A stretch of 64,000 nt of DNA from Phoronis australis (taxonomy: Eukaryota; Animalia; Phoronida), in NCBI GenBank assembly GCA_002633005.1, contig NMRA01000028.1:604183-668182 (forward strand). Reading direction: 5' to 3'. The notes beneath the pieces were generated by a model. The model made no database searches and was not told the origin of the DNA. It saw only the letters and a list, made by a program, of their open reading frames with translations. Positions 1-12,600 of the stretch are shown one piece after another; the first letter of the stretch is position 1; the number at the start of each line of letters is the position of its first letter. Position numbers and translations under genes: made by a program.

Positions 1-1566
1 TTAAACATTTCATGTCTTGGTACTATGATTCACAGTACCATAGGAGAGACTATGAAAATTAAGATATTCCAAAAAGTTTATTGTGATGTAAATTTCTATA
101 TGGTAGTACTGTATTCCTTAATTTTTCACTCAGTGTCATCATAGATTATAGACAACAGATTCGCAACTCCGGCATATTCTTACGAGCTGAGTTGAACTCT
201 CCTGACCTATCTGCTGCAGTTTCCGGTCAGTGTAATTTGACGAGAAATACCTGCATCTACTTTACTGTCCAAAACAGCGAAAAAAACATTAATTTATATT
301 AATTTCGGTATTGAAACGCTTTTCAAAGTCTTTCAATAGTAGAAGTGTTGGTATTGTGAGTACTTTTGGCAATGCTACTGGTAATTAATTTCAAAATNGC
401 AAGAGTGTTTCTCTTATACAAAAAGAATTCAAAAACTGATGTCAGTAATTGCAGACCAGTTTCAAGTTGAAGTGTGATGTCTAAGGTTTTGACAGAGTAG
501 TATTTAACCAATTGTGTGTATATCTAGTCAATTCCAACCTGTTATGTGCATTTCAATTAGGGGTTTGACAATCATGTTCCACTGACACGTGTATTGTCCA
601 GCCTACTGATTACATAGCGTTTAAAATTGACAGTGAAAATCTTGTGGGAATAGTTTTGTATACTTAGAAAAAGCTTTTGATTCTGTCAATCACAACATAA
701 TCATTGGAAAATTGGATGCAATTGGTCTGAATAACCTCGCTTCACGTCAGTATTCGACAGAAACAGCTCGTTGATCTTCATGGAGAAAAATGCTGTTTTG
801 AGATGATAAGTTGTGAAGTATTACAAGGACCCATCCTTGATTGGGCCACTTGTCAATGATCTGGAATTGGTCATTACATGTAAACTAGTGTAAACTGATC
901 TGTAACTCTTTCTGATCTCTAGTAAGACACATAGTGATATGAAAATGTTTCATTGGCAGATGAACTCAAAGCTGAATTTCAACCTGTTTGGCTAAAAGAA
1001 CAAATAATAGGCCTTTAACTCGCACAAAATCAGTCTCATAATAGTATTCCTTTCCATGATGAGACTTCCGTTCCATCTCAAATCACAAGCAGTCCGTTTG
1101 TGCACCTCCGTTTGTACACCTCCGTTCGTGTACCTGTCTCAAATTTGCAGTTTGGTTGGATTGCCACAGTACACTGGGAAGGGTTTCTTGAATCCACGGA
1201 TGGTTTCTATGTTCTTGTTGCTAACAGAAATGGAATTGTGATTGCATCAAGGAATGTTATGAGACTGATTTCATGAGATTAATATGCCCAATTGGATTTT
1301 CGTTGTTTAGCCACCTGAGTGTGATGAATTGCAGCTTTGAGTGAAATTTGATTTTGTCCCTGTGTTTGGGTAAAACTAAGTTGATTTTGTTTGATTAATG
1401 GCAAAGTCACCTAATCCTAATCGTGGTTTAAACATTTCCTGTCTTGGTACTATGATTCACAGTACCATAGGAGAGACTATGAAAATTAAGATATTCCAAA
1501 AAGTTTATTGTGATGTAAATTTCTATATGGTAGTACTGTATTCCTTAATTTTTCACTCAGTGTCAT
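1..1566. repeat. 139-bp direct repeat (1-139 and 1428-1566) containing a hairpin; likely the 3' end of a Helentron-associated element
   Basis: The two copies differ at about one base. They include the stem-loop GGTACTATGATTCACAGTACC followed by ATAGGAGAGACTAT. A CCGT-type short repeat lies upstream of the second copy (about 1068-1135). Confidence 0.6.
340..960 (+). mobile_element. Degraded non-LTR retrotransposon (CR1/L2-like) reverse transcriptase fragment
   Basis: Frameshifted translation gives LYKKNSKTDVSNCRPVS..SVMSKVL, STDTC, LEKAFDSVNHNIIIGKL and QGPIL..GP..VNDL, remnants of LINE RT motifs. Confidence 0.65.
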
Positions 1567-3636
1567 TACAATAGTTACTACTGGTATTACGCCGCCTATC
1601 TAAAACATGCTAAATCTAAACTTCACATTTCACATACCGGTATCAAAAATATCAGTTTTGTTCTGAACCTGCGGAATAGCTTTTTAAATGTTAAGTTTTA
1701 AAAATCTTACTTATGTTGATTAAGTGCTGAGTTAAATGAAGCCTCCAATAACAAATCTGATAATTTCTGGTTCTTTATAAACTTTGATGGTCATAACACT
1801 TAAATTTCACTCCACCGCATGGTAGTTGTAGAAATACCTTTGCTAAACTGTTACGTACTATAATATAACTTATTCAACTCATTAAACAAAATTTTTAATA
1901 ATATGATGTTAGATGACAAATTTATTAATATATTAATTTTTTTCAATACTTTATGTAGGTTACTAATTTTCATTTACACTTTTGTTAATTTATTTAATGT
2001 ATTTGTTCTTATTTTTGTGCTTCATGTAAGGCCATAATGTAAACAAGCCAGTGAGCCTTACTGTGTCACCACTAATGTACTTACATAAAGTATGTATTTT
2101 AGTGTACATTGCATAAATTTACTTGAGATTTGCTAGACATCTATTTGTCTAATTGTCTAACACCTTATGCTTATCATAGGTGGTCCAACTAAAATGCCTT
2201 TCGCATGAATGGTGTTTCATGTCTGTCAACTTGCCATGAACTCGACCAGCCTTGCATACCAGAATTAGAGATTTTGTTCTCACGGTGTTCAAGTTTTGTA
2301 CATAGAACGTTACCTATTTTGACAACAGAATGTTTACTATGCTTTTGTGGGAAAGACATCAGTTTACCACTGTGGGATATCTTGCTAACTGAAATTATGT
2401 TGCATCCACAACCTGTAGTCCGCAAACTCTATTGATACAGACCAGTGAACTGATGTTCATGGTCCACTGTTGTTGTTGGGTCTAGTATGAGAAATGCTTG
2501 GCTATACTCGAAGGTTAGCTTGCTTCTTGTCAGTCTGGCAACATCAGGCTAATGTTCATGAAATACTACCATGTATTAGCACATGATTTCACTTAGTTTT
2601 CATTCATGTGTGTCATGCATTGTGTAACAGCCGCAGGTCTTGGCTTTGACTGGGTGATACCGTAGTTGTGATCACCCACCATCACTGGATTCATTTGACA
2701 GGACTGAGTACTAACCGTGCGTGATACTTGTGGAGGAAGCTGGTGTGATCGCTTGCTTCATATTTAATTCATGTTGATATCTCATGTAGTCTTGCATGAT
2801 TTTGTGTTTTTGCAATAATTCTCGCATCTACTGAGCACATGCAGGCCCGGTGACCATATCATCCCTGTTGAACCATTATGTAGCAGCCCACACTGAATGT
2901 TGCCTCACACAGTGGGATCTATCAGGCTTTGAGTGTTTAGCCCCCTGTAAAATTTCTATTATGCAGTTACACTAATTTATATGGAGTACAATTCATTTGC
3001 TTTCATCGCAAGTATTCCATTCAACTCATTGTATTCAGAAGTTGAATCTGAATGTTTTTAGTTTATTTGTCTTGTCCTACTATTGTTGACTCTATACAAC
3101 CTACCCTTTAGTCTTGTGTTATTGCTTTCAATTAGTGATATTTATCAAGTATATAATAACTACAAAATAACATAATCAATTAATTAACACATAGAAGTAA
3201 GTATGAAGTAAACAGTTGAATTGAAAACAGTCTGAATGAACCAGCTACTGACCAACTGGCAATAATGATTACTCACCTGATTAATAAAAACTTCAAACAA
3301 ATTCGTTTAATCTATCTAGGCAATCTATTGAGCGGTCTCTTTTTGTATTGTTTTGATATTATTACCGTAGGTCGACATAATCTGATAAGTTACACAGATA
3401 AAACTGGGGCCAAGGTTTTATCCCAGCATTGTGGTGAGTTTGGACTGAACCTGTTTCATCTTCCTGCTCATGCACATTATATAGTGCTGTTGTGGAGAGG
3501 CTGTTATGTTTGAGCTGCTTTTTCCACTGTTTGATAATCCCCTCCACTGTCACTTGACGTGTGTACACTGGCTTATATTACAAAAGCCAGCACAATGTGT
3601 TTCAAGCGTCTCTATCTACCTGTTGTGTTTTCACAG

Positions 3637-6600
3637 CTCCGACGACCCTCCAGTGCAGCAGACCTTGAACCAGAGAGCGCTAGCACTAAGTTCTATATTG
3701 AGGACATGCCATGCTGCTCAGAGACCACACCGGCAATGAGTAGCCACAGGAAGTCATTGTCGTCGCCAAAGAAGGGTCGACCCAAGTCAGCAGACTGCCT
3801 TCTGAATGACAGCAATCTTGATGACAGTGAACTGACCCGGATACCCAGTGATAGCTCACTCAGTTATGGACAGCTGTCGCCCACCTCCAGTAATTCGGGT
3901 TTTGGTTTCTTCCGGTCGTTTTTCTATCGGACATTTTCATTTCGCGATAGGCGACGTAAGCCAACAGTAAATGATAGTGATAGTACTTTGAGCAGTGTTA
4001 GTCTACCAACCAGTGTTGAAGATTTATCAGTGTCAGATAAGGCAGACATCAGTTTGAAGACATCGGCTGAAAGTGGCGCTCTTGTTCACAAGAAACGTCC
4101 CAGCCGTAGGAAGTCCAACGATGTGTCGCCGAGGGAGCTGGAAAAAATTGCTGCTGAAGTGAGGCGGTTACACGAACAGCAACAGACAGAGACAAGCAGC
4201 AGTGGATCATTAGATCAACAGGATGCTATGTGGGAGGATAGTGACAAGGTAAACGGATTAACTCCGGTTTAATGTCCAGGAATATACAGATGTATTGTTA
4301 GAAGGGCAATTCAGTGAAAAGGTCAGTCTCGAGACAAAAAATTAAAATTAACATTTCTGGTCTCATCTGAAGCCCCATTCTCTCTAGTTTCAGGATTCAC
4401 ATTTGATTGTCCTATAACTTTCAGTTTTTTTACCTAAATGGACCCATTTATGGGGTCACTTGACCCTAAAAAATTTGCTCTAACTATTTTCATGTGTGTT
4501 GCCAATTATTGTCATAATTATGGGCTAATTATGGGTATTTCACAATACTATCAAATTTGTTCAATCACATGAACCCCAAACTTTCTAAAAATAAGTAACA
4601 TTCCAACTTTAGGACATCATTGACCACATGGTCAAACGTCAACTCCAGGAATTCATGGTGCTTAACGTCCATCACAAAAAGTGTTAAAAAGTTTAGTTTC
4701 GTTAAGTTTTCAATCAAGACTAAAATAATTTCCGATTCTCTTTTAGATCCCAGGTATTATTCGTTTAGTCAGAAATTGCATGACAGACATACAGCAAATT
4801 TGTACATCCGTCACGTACATCCGATACGCCATTAAAAATAACCTTAGGTCATATTTTAGCTTTCTAGCCTTGCAGAAGATAAAATGTATCTCACACCTAA
4901 GATCCTTAAAACGATAAAATATTACAAAGGCAGCTTTAAAATTATGAGTAGAAGTTGCTACAGATTTAAACTAATTGCATTGGACTTTTTCAATTTCAAA
5001 AGTATTTGCAGAAAAGTTATAGTTTACAATGTCATCTAGTTATTTTTAGAAGAATTCAACTTATTAAAATCAGACAGTTGGACCACATTATAAAATGTAA
5101 ATAAAACAAAATGTTAATTTTATGAACTTATTGTTTTTCTGTTGGTACCCCATGTTTGTGAAGAAATACTTAGCTTTTGGGAAATTCAAGATGCAAAAAT
5201 ATTCATACTTTCTAGGGTGGTCTAGAGTATAAATAACAAGAGACCCAAAGGAATACATGTCAAGTTGCTACTGCGCTGGAATCAACATGTTATTTCTGCT
5301 CTGACCTGCTACACTGTGTTTTGTGTTGAAAAAGCCGATACTGGGCATTTTTAAGCGGTAGGAACCTGTCACCTACTTTATTGAGCATTTTTGTCACACC
5401 CTCACAGACTGTAGTCACTCTTTTCGTGTTTTTCAGTGTTTTGGATGGCTAATGATTTCAAAGCAAATTACATTGTCTCATCTTACATATTTTTGATCCC
5501 TCAATCTTTTTAAGAAATACACAAATTTTTTTCTGCTGATCTTCGAGGATATTAAACAAGCATTTAGAAACGATAGAGGAAGTTATTGTAGACCTTTGGA
5601 AGAACAGATGCAACTAGGAGAAGAATAAATATCTGCCGGAATATTCTCTGAAACTCGATGCTGTCTACTAAACCATGCTCCACACTTTGTTTTAAGAAGA
5701 TACTGAAGTCATATTACTAATACTTTTAAAACATCACCATTATTACTTAGATGGGCATGCATCAGAACCATCAATGTCATATTTCAGAGAATAATCTTGT
5801 ACAAGCTTAGAGCGAGTTGTAATTTAAAAGCTAATTAATTAAAATGCATTTTTATGACAGTGATTAGTTCTGTTATAAACTTTTATTTCATATTTTATAT
5901 TTTGACAGTCACATTTACTTATTAGTTTTGAATTAGTATTCTATTTAACGCAATGGTTTTCCTGATAACTAATAGCTGTCAAATACAAAATGATTATTGC
6001 CCTCATTCCCATCTATATTGCTTACCATATTCAAGGGGAAGTGAAGATTTTAGGGGGTTGTTTTATATCTTCAATCAAATGTATTGAAAAGTTAAAATCC
6101 TAGAGTATATTCTTAGTTTAGGCCTACCTGTGATGATTTCGTGCAAAGGGTTAATCGGTACATTTTAATTAAGAAACATTGAACTAGTAGCAAAAGACCA
6201 ATATAGTGTAAATACTGTAAAAGTTTGAGTCATTCTGAATTGATATCTTACTCACAATAAACAATTTAAAACTAGAAATTCAGAGCGTATGTCCGTTACA
6301 TACGTCCGTCACACTAACTCAACTTACATCGAGCTGTTTGCGAAAAAATTCTTTACAGATATCATCAAAAACAGGTGTGTGTTGTACTTTGCAAACATTC
6401 CACTAAATCATCATGTGAAACAAAACATTGTAACTTAATGCAGCTCACAGAAAATTAACCTTAAAAATTAAAAAATAAAATAAAATTCTCTTTGGACGTC
6501 CATCAAACCCCTTTAAAGACAATTTTCTCAGTCGGATTAAAAGATAGGGGAAAAGTTGATACATGTTTTGAAAGCTATTAATGATACCTATCAATTGATG

Positions 6601-9600
6601 TATAAATTATTTTCCTAGGATGGACACTTTTTTCACAATTGATCAAAATGTTCTCTGATTGTACATCCGTCACAAATGGAATTGCCCAGAATATTTGTAA
6701 AGTTTTAGGGCAAAAAAATTATATGCGTTGTAAAGGTATGCATACATTTTCATCTCTGTTTGCCCAGATTTAAGACAGGTGTTTTACTTGAAAAGAACCA
6801 GTATTAATAAATTACTAAACATTCTAAATTATCTTGGGATGTGCTATTTCTGAATCTCATTTAATCGGCTACTAAGTAATTTTGTTTCCTGTATGTGAGC
6901 ACCAAATAGTCCAACCCTGATGTTTTGCAATGCTGTGAAATTAAGCACTTAGTGAAACTTGGAACATTGGTGCAAATATCAAAATATGTTATTTGCCATT
7001 TAAGCTCTCAGTGGATGTATTGTAAATATTCAGTTAGTGGTAATTTGGTGTTTTTAAAATATCAATGATTGCTATTTGTAGTTAATTTTCAATGAAATGA
7101 TTTTTCATTGCCTTTGGTGACAACAAGGTGAATTAGCTAACTAGAAATTTGTTTCATGAAAATATTCAAGGTATCATTTATCAAATTTATAAAACTTAAA
7201 TATGTAGTAAACATCCGGTTTGGTGAATGGAGCATACATTATTTTTTTCGAAGTTGGAATCATGCATTTTGAAAAAAATGTCGGATGTTTAATAAGAGGT
7301 GTAAGTTTTTGGTGTCCAAACTTGCATAAAAATATAACTAATGTAGTAGTTGGTTACCTTTGTGACTATCCTATGTTTCAATTTTTAGAGACTGGTATGG
7401 TAATCAGCCACAGGCCATATTTGTGGGTGTTGAGTTAGGTCAGTGACCCATCTTTACAGTAATTTTTCAAATGGGCAATCACTATTAATTCTTGACCTGT
7501 TTAGCTCACTATATGGGGGAAAGGGGAATTTTGTGGACAAGTTGTGCTTCATTTTAGCTTGAATTGTACTTAATGACTGTCATAAAAATTACTTTGTCAA
7601 AATTTTTAATATTTGCCACAGTGTAACCAGCCATTGAAAAATCAGAAAAATGAGAAGTTTGTCAATTGGTTTTTGCAAAATAACATAAACATAAGAATTA
7701 TCCTAAAATGTTATTTACTATGTTTATGGGTTAATAACTGTGTTGTTACAAATGCGTGTGTTGATATGGTATAAGTAAGAATATTTAGTTTCAATATGTA
7801 CGCCCTATTTGTAACAGCAGTCTGTGGCTATAGTGTTGACAACTTGTTTATTGTGGTTATTTTTAAATTGGTCTAATTACAGGTGTGTGAACTAGAAACA
7901 TGCAGTCGTCTGACTTGGACAGAGTCAGTAGGCAACATTAGTCATGAGGAGAACTCACTTAACTATAAGAGGAAAAAGCGGGTGTACAAACAACGTGGAA
8001 GAACAGACTTGGGTATGTAGACATTGTCAGGTTTGTGTATTTAGTGCAGTGTGAGGGCTTTACCAGGCTATAGTGTTGCTAACTGGAACTGACATGTTGG
8101 CTGAAATATAAAGGTTACATATTAGTTGAATGATGATTTTAGCTCTTTATATCTTTTAAATTCTCTTGTTTGGAGATAGAGGAGGTCCTGAATCACTGTT
8201 TGTTGTTTATTGACATGATCCACCCAGTGTTTTCACAACAGCTAGTACATGGAGTAAGAACATTACAAGTCCTGTACTATCCTGTAATCAAAAGGCATTG
8301 AATTCCACTCTCAATTGTGGAAAGAGTTCTTCAGTTTGGGACACTAAATGGCAGACAACTGAAATTTCATTTTGTCCAATTTCTCAACAAGTTAGTTTTC
8401 ATGAAAATTTACTTTGCTTTTAGCATGGTTTGTTTGGCTAAGAATTTTGAGCATTTGCAACAATTTGGTAAGTTTCGAAAAAATGGAAAAAAGACAATTT
8501 CAGCATTTTTTGTCTCAAATTGAACAATTTGTATCTTATAACTAAAGGAGTACAATCCACTTTTCAAATTACTCAACAATGGGGATTTGTTCACTAATCC
8601 AAAAGTCCTATAGGAAAACTGACTGTGTAAACTGGGCTTATGACATCATTTGTAAAATAACCATTGACTACTGTTGTCCAGGCTTGGCTAAGTGTGGACA
8701 CAAGTGGTCATTTACCTTTTAGTATCAATGGGACCAGTGAAATGAAGCGTGAAATGCTCAGCAGGCTCTCCCCACCTTGTAACCCCATCAGCTATTGGCA
8801 ACAAATCTGAATAGTTTCTACTAAACTTCATTCACACCAGACTACCAGGTCTTATGTAAGGAAACTTTTTCCTCATTCTCTGTAACCATCCTCACTGGGG
8901 ATTAATCCCAAAAGTGTTAAGGTGCCATGCTCAACTGTTTCACCTTGAGGCTATTGTACATAATTGACCAGACTGTTGAGCTGTGTTAGCCCACAGTGGA
9001 TACACTGGAACATGGAGTGGTTAGTGAACCAGTATTAGCCCACAGTGGATAAGCTCGCTGGAACATGGAGTGGTTAGTGAAAGAGTGTTAGCACACAGTG
9101 GATACACTGGAACATGGAGTGGTTAGTGAAACAGTTTTCTGTCTTGTTAGGTGCCAATCCTCTCGTCAGTCAGGTGCTGAAGAAACATGAGAATAACAAC
9201 ACTGTATTGGATAACGGCAAGAATAGACGGGTGAGTTGGTCTGTCAGTCATTGTGAGTCAGTATATGTTGCATGGTTATAGTGTTTTATGGTAATGGTCA
9301 ACCTTTGGGAAAATAGTTCTAGAAAATGCAATATTCGCATTTTTTTTTCACTGCTACCTAGTCTAGCTAACTTTTTAAATGCATTATCTATGTCTGAGAC
9401 AAAAAAATCAAAATAATCACCTAGATTGTTAAATTTTTTGGCCTGTCTAGACTTCAGATCTTGACGCAACAATTTTTCAACATCAGATTTTTTCATGGTG
9501 TGACAAGATTGATACAGTAATGTGCAGACCACTTTTGTTGTGAGTCTTTCAGCGACAGAATTTTTGATTTACAGTAATTTCTTTTCAATTTTGCACAAAA

Positions 9601-12600
9601 AAGTGCTTCCTGAAGCATAATATCCATTTTTCATATATTCATAACATTGAAAAAATTACCAAAATTTTGTGCAATGAAAACTGTTTTGTACAAATCATGC
9701 TGATGATGATGTCAGTTTTCTGAAAGTTTATTTTAATCAAGAAATGTTACAAAATTGAATTACACATGGTTGCCATCTTGTGTGGTAAATTGAAGAGCAT
9801 TTTAACAACTTAAGCATTAGCCATGAAAAATGAAAGCGTAGCATATTGCTTTAAAAAGAAATTTTATCTGTTATTAGAGAGTAAAACACACAAGAGGCAC
9901 AGTTTCTCTAGTATAGACCTTAAAAAGATATGAATAAACACTTTCAAAAAATGTGCAATCATTAGAAATGATTTTTTGGTCTGCATTCAGATTTTCCTCT
10001 CTGAGCATTCATAAAATAGCACGCTGGATACTTTTCCAGTCCTGTTGACTTGGAAAAACTAATGAAACTAATAACAGATTGGAAGAGAACAGAAAATTCT
10101 TTCTTGATTAGTTGTTGTGTGGGAAGTAAACATAGAATGGACCAAAATAGAATTCTGTGTCATTTTTTGTCTAATTAGTAATTTGTTTTACATGTGAAAC
10201 ATAATGTTCGTGGTGTAGGATTAAACAGATCAGTGGGATTATTTACGAAGAAAGAAAACCGTTTCAAAATTGAAAGTTGGCAAAAGTTGTCTGTGTCAAG
10301 TGTGGGAAACAGGTTATCACAGGATTGGAAGCATATCAATAGGATAAAGTTAAGATTTATGAGTTGAATAGATGAAATTTTGTAGGGAAAGAGAGGTTTT
10401 TGTTTTATTTCATTTTTTTCAAGAAATTGAATCATGCTAGTGTCAAAGGCAAGGTTTGCGTTATGAGGCAGACTGAATGTGAATCTATAGCAAGTTCTGC
10501 ATTCATTTGTCATTAGTGTAATAGCAGTTTATAAACTGGTTTATAACTCCATAATGTGTCCAAATTATATCATAATTTGAAATTCACTGCTTTTACTGTT
10601 AGTTATTCATGTTATTGTAGTAGTCTTGTTACACTGATGTGCCAGTGATTTATGTTTACTGAGTGACTGACTGTTCAACTCCATCATGCACTTAGTCTGC
10701 AGTCTACAAACATTCTGTTCTGTATTTTAAACAGCTTTTCAGAACGGTAATTAAAGGTTTGAGGTTCCTCTGGCTTCTCCTGGTCTTCAGATCTATTTTC
10801 CTATAGTCATTAGCTTCATGGGATATAACCTGGGCAAAGAGTGAACTTGTCTGTTTAAGAAATTTCATTCATTGTGTAAAACACTCGTTTTGTATTCACT
10901 TGTAGCTTGTATGGTGTGAGGAAGCTGTGAACAGAACACTGTAGATCAAAGTAGTGCATTTGTTGTCGGATTTTGTTCAAATGTGGCACGTTCAATTATA
11001 CTAGGCACTCGCAAGTGACTGGTGGTGAGATTACGCGCTCTGCTTGAAACAAATGGCGATATCTGGTGGAGGCGGGATCTCACCAAACTTGCTAGATACT
11101 CGCCTTACCGTAATCTCTCCTCACCCATTTGAAGCACGTAATAAATGCTTTTAAGCTCTATATCATAGCTACCATCAGACATTTCAGACTGAGAGCTTTA
11201 GAAAATGCTAGATGCCTGTGAAAATGAAGAAAATCAATTTTGTCCATTATTTTTTATTGAAATTAGTGAGATTTCACCGTATTGAACGTGCCACTGTTTA
11301 GTTTCGTCTTGCGACCATAACCTGCTGCTTCATGACCTACCAAAACTACTGCTGTTTGTCCTTTATCTTTCTTTATTCAGCCTCACCTCAGTTGTGTTGG
11401 AATTAACGACTTTCAAAAGTCAAATTGACCTTCATTTTCTCCTCTGGGGACTTTGAAGACGGGCAATACTTGTTCCTAAAAATTATGACAATTTGGGTGA
11501 TAATTGCTTTCAAGCTTTCTAATACATAAGTGCCAGAAGCTTGGCAATGACTTAATGCTGGCGCCATCTGTGGGTTGCTAATTATTGGCTTCTGCGCAAT
11601 ATTTGACTTTAACCAAGGTTATTATATTGTTTTTTGTTCCCAATCAGGTGGCACCTGTTCAAAAACATAATGAGCAAAATTTCAGTAATTGCATTTACCC
11701 GGTATACCTTATTTGTGATTATTATTTTGCAGATATCAATAACTGCATTCATTCATGATTTAAGATTTTTTAAGGTGAGATGACTCTGACGCTAGTGCTC
11801 CTTTAAGTGTCATAAGTCATCCAAGTTAACACTCACACTCAGCTGACTGCTCAACACCAAAGTTTCAAAAGTTTTCACTAATTCCCATGCTCGACTAACT
11901 GTCCACCCAACCCCCCCCCNTTACGTTAATTTTCACTAATTCCTATGCTCAAACCCCCCCCCCCAACTTGTACTTCTTAGGCTTCCCTGCTAGGTAGTGC
12001 CTGTCGGCGTTTTTGTGACTGTCCTTCGCATAAGAATTTTAGCCCCCAAAATGTATGCGAGTCGCTCTCCTTGGAGTAACAATCAGTCAGTTGAGCAGGC
12101 AGAACAATACTCATTCTCTCCTGCTCTTTACTGAGGACTGAGGAGACATAACAAGGTTTTTTGACTCTTGTGGTCTTACACATTCTAACATCATCATTCT
12201 CACTGAGATATTTATTTTATCTCATTGATCGTACCCTTCTACTAAAATTGTGAAAGTTATTTGCAAGAACAGCACATTGTCAACTCATTAAGTGCACATA
12301 ATGCTTACATTGAAAACGCTGCGTAGACAGCTTCTAGGTCGGACTATTATTGTGAGTGGTTATATCATTCTAGACGGTAAGCCCTCCGCTACATTGTGTA
12401 AAATCTGCCGTGAAGCTTCTTGATGTAAGTGTAGCTCCCTAGGCCTAAACCAACCATTCATGTGAGCTCTCACCCCCATCACTTCAAACATTTAGTTTTT
12501 AAGGGCCCATGCTCAGTTTAAGACCCCCCTCCTGACTTTGAATTCCCCACTTAAAGCACATCTGGTTGTTATCTGAACTTGAACAAGTACACTAAACAAT

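Noticed and set aside
9248-10513. ORFs of 94 and 112 aa on the minus strand in an AT-rich intron
   Set aside because: No recognisable motifs or splice-compatible partners; probably decayed repeat sequence.
11053-11109. Apparent alternative first exon (CAAATGGCG start, [19 protein letters not shown], phase-0 GTAATC donor), reminiscent of the short collybistin N-terminus
   Set aside because: It lies inside a TIR-bounded MITE (10983-11294) and overlaps an internal inverted repeat; there is no independent support.
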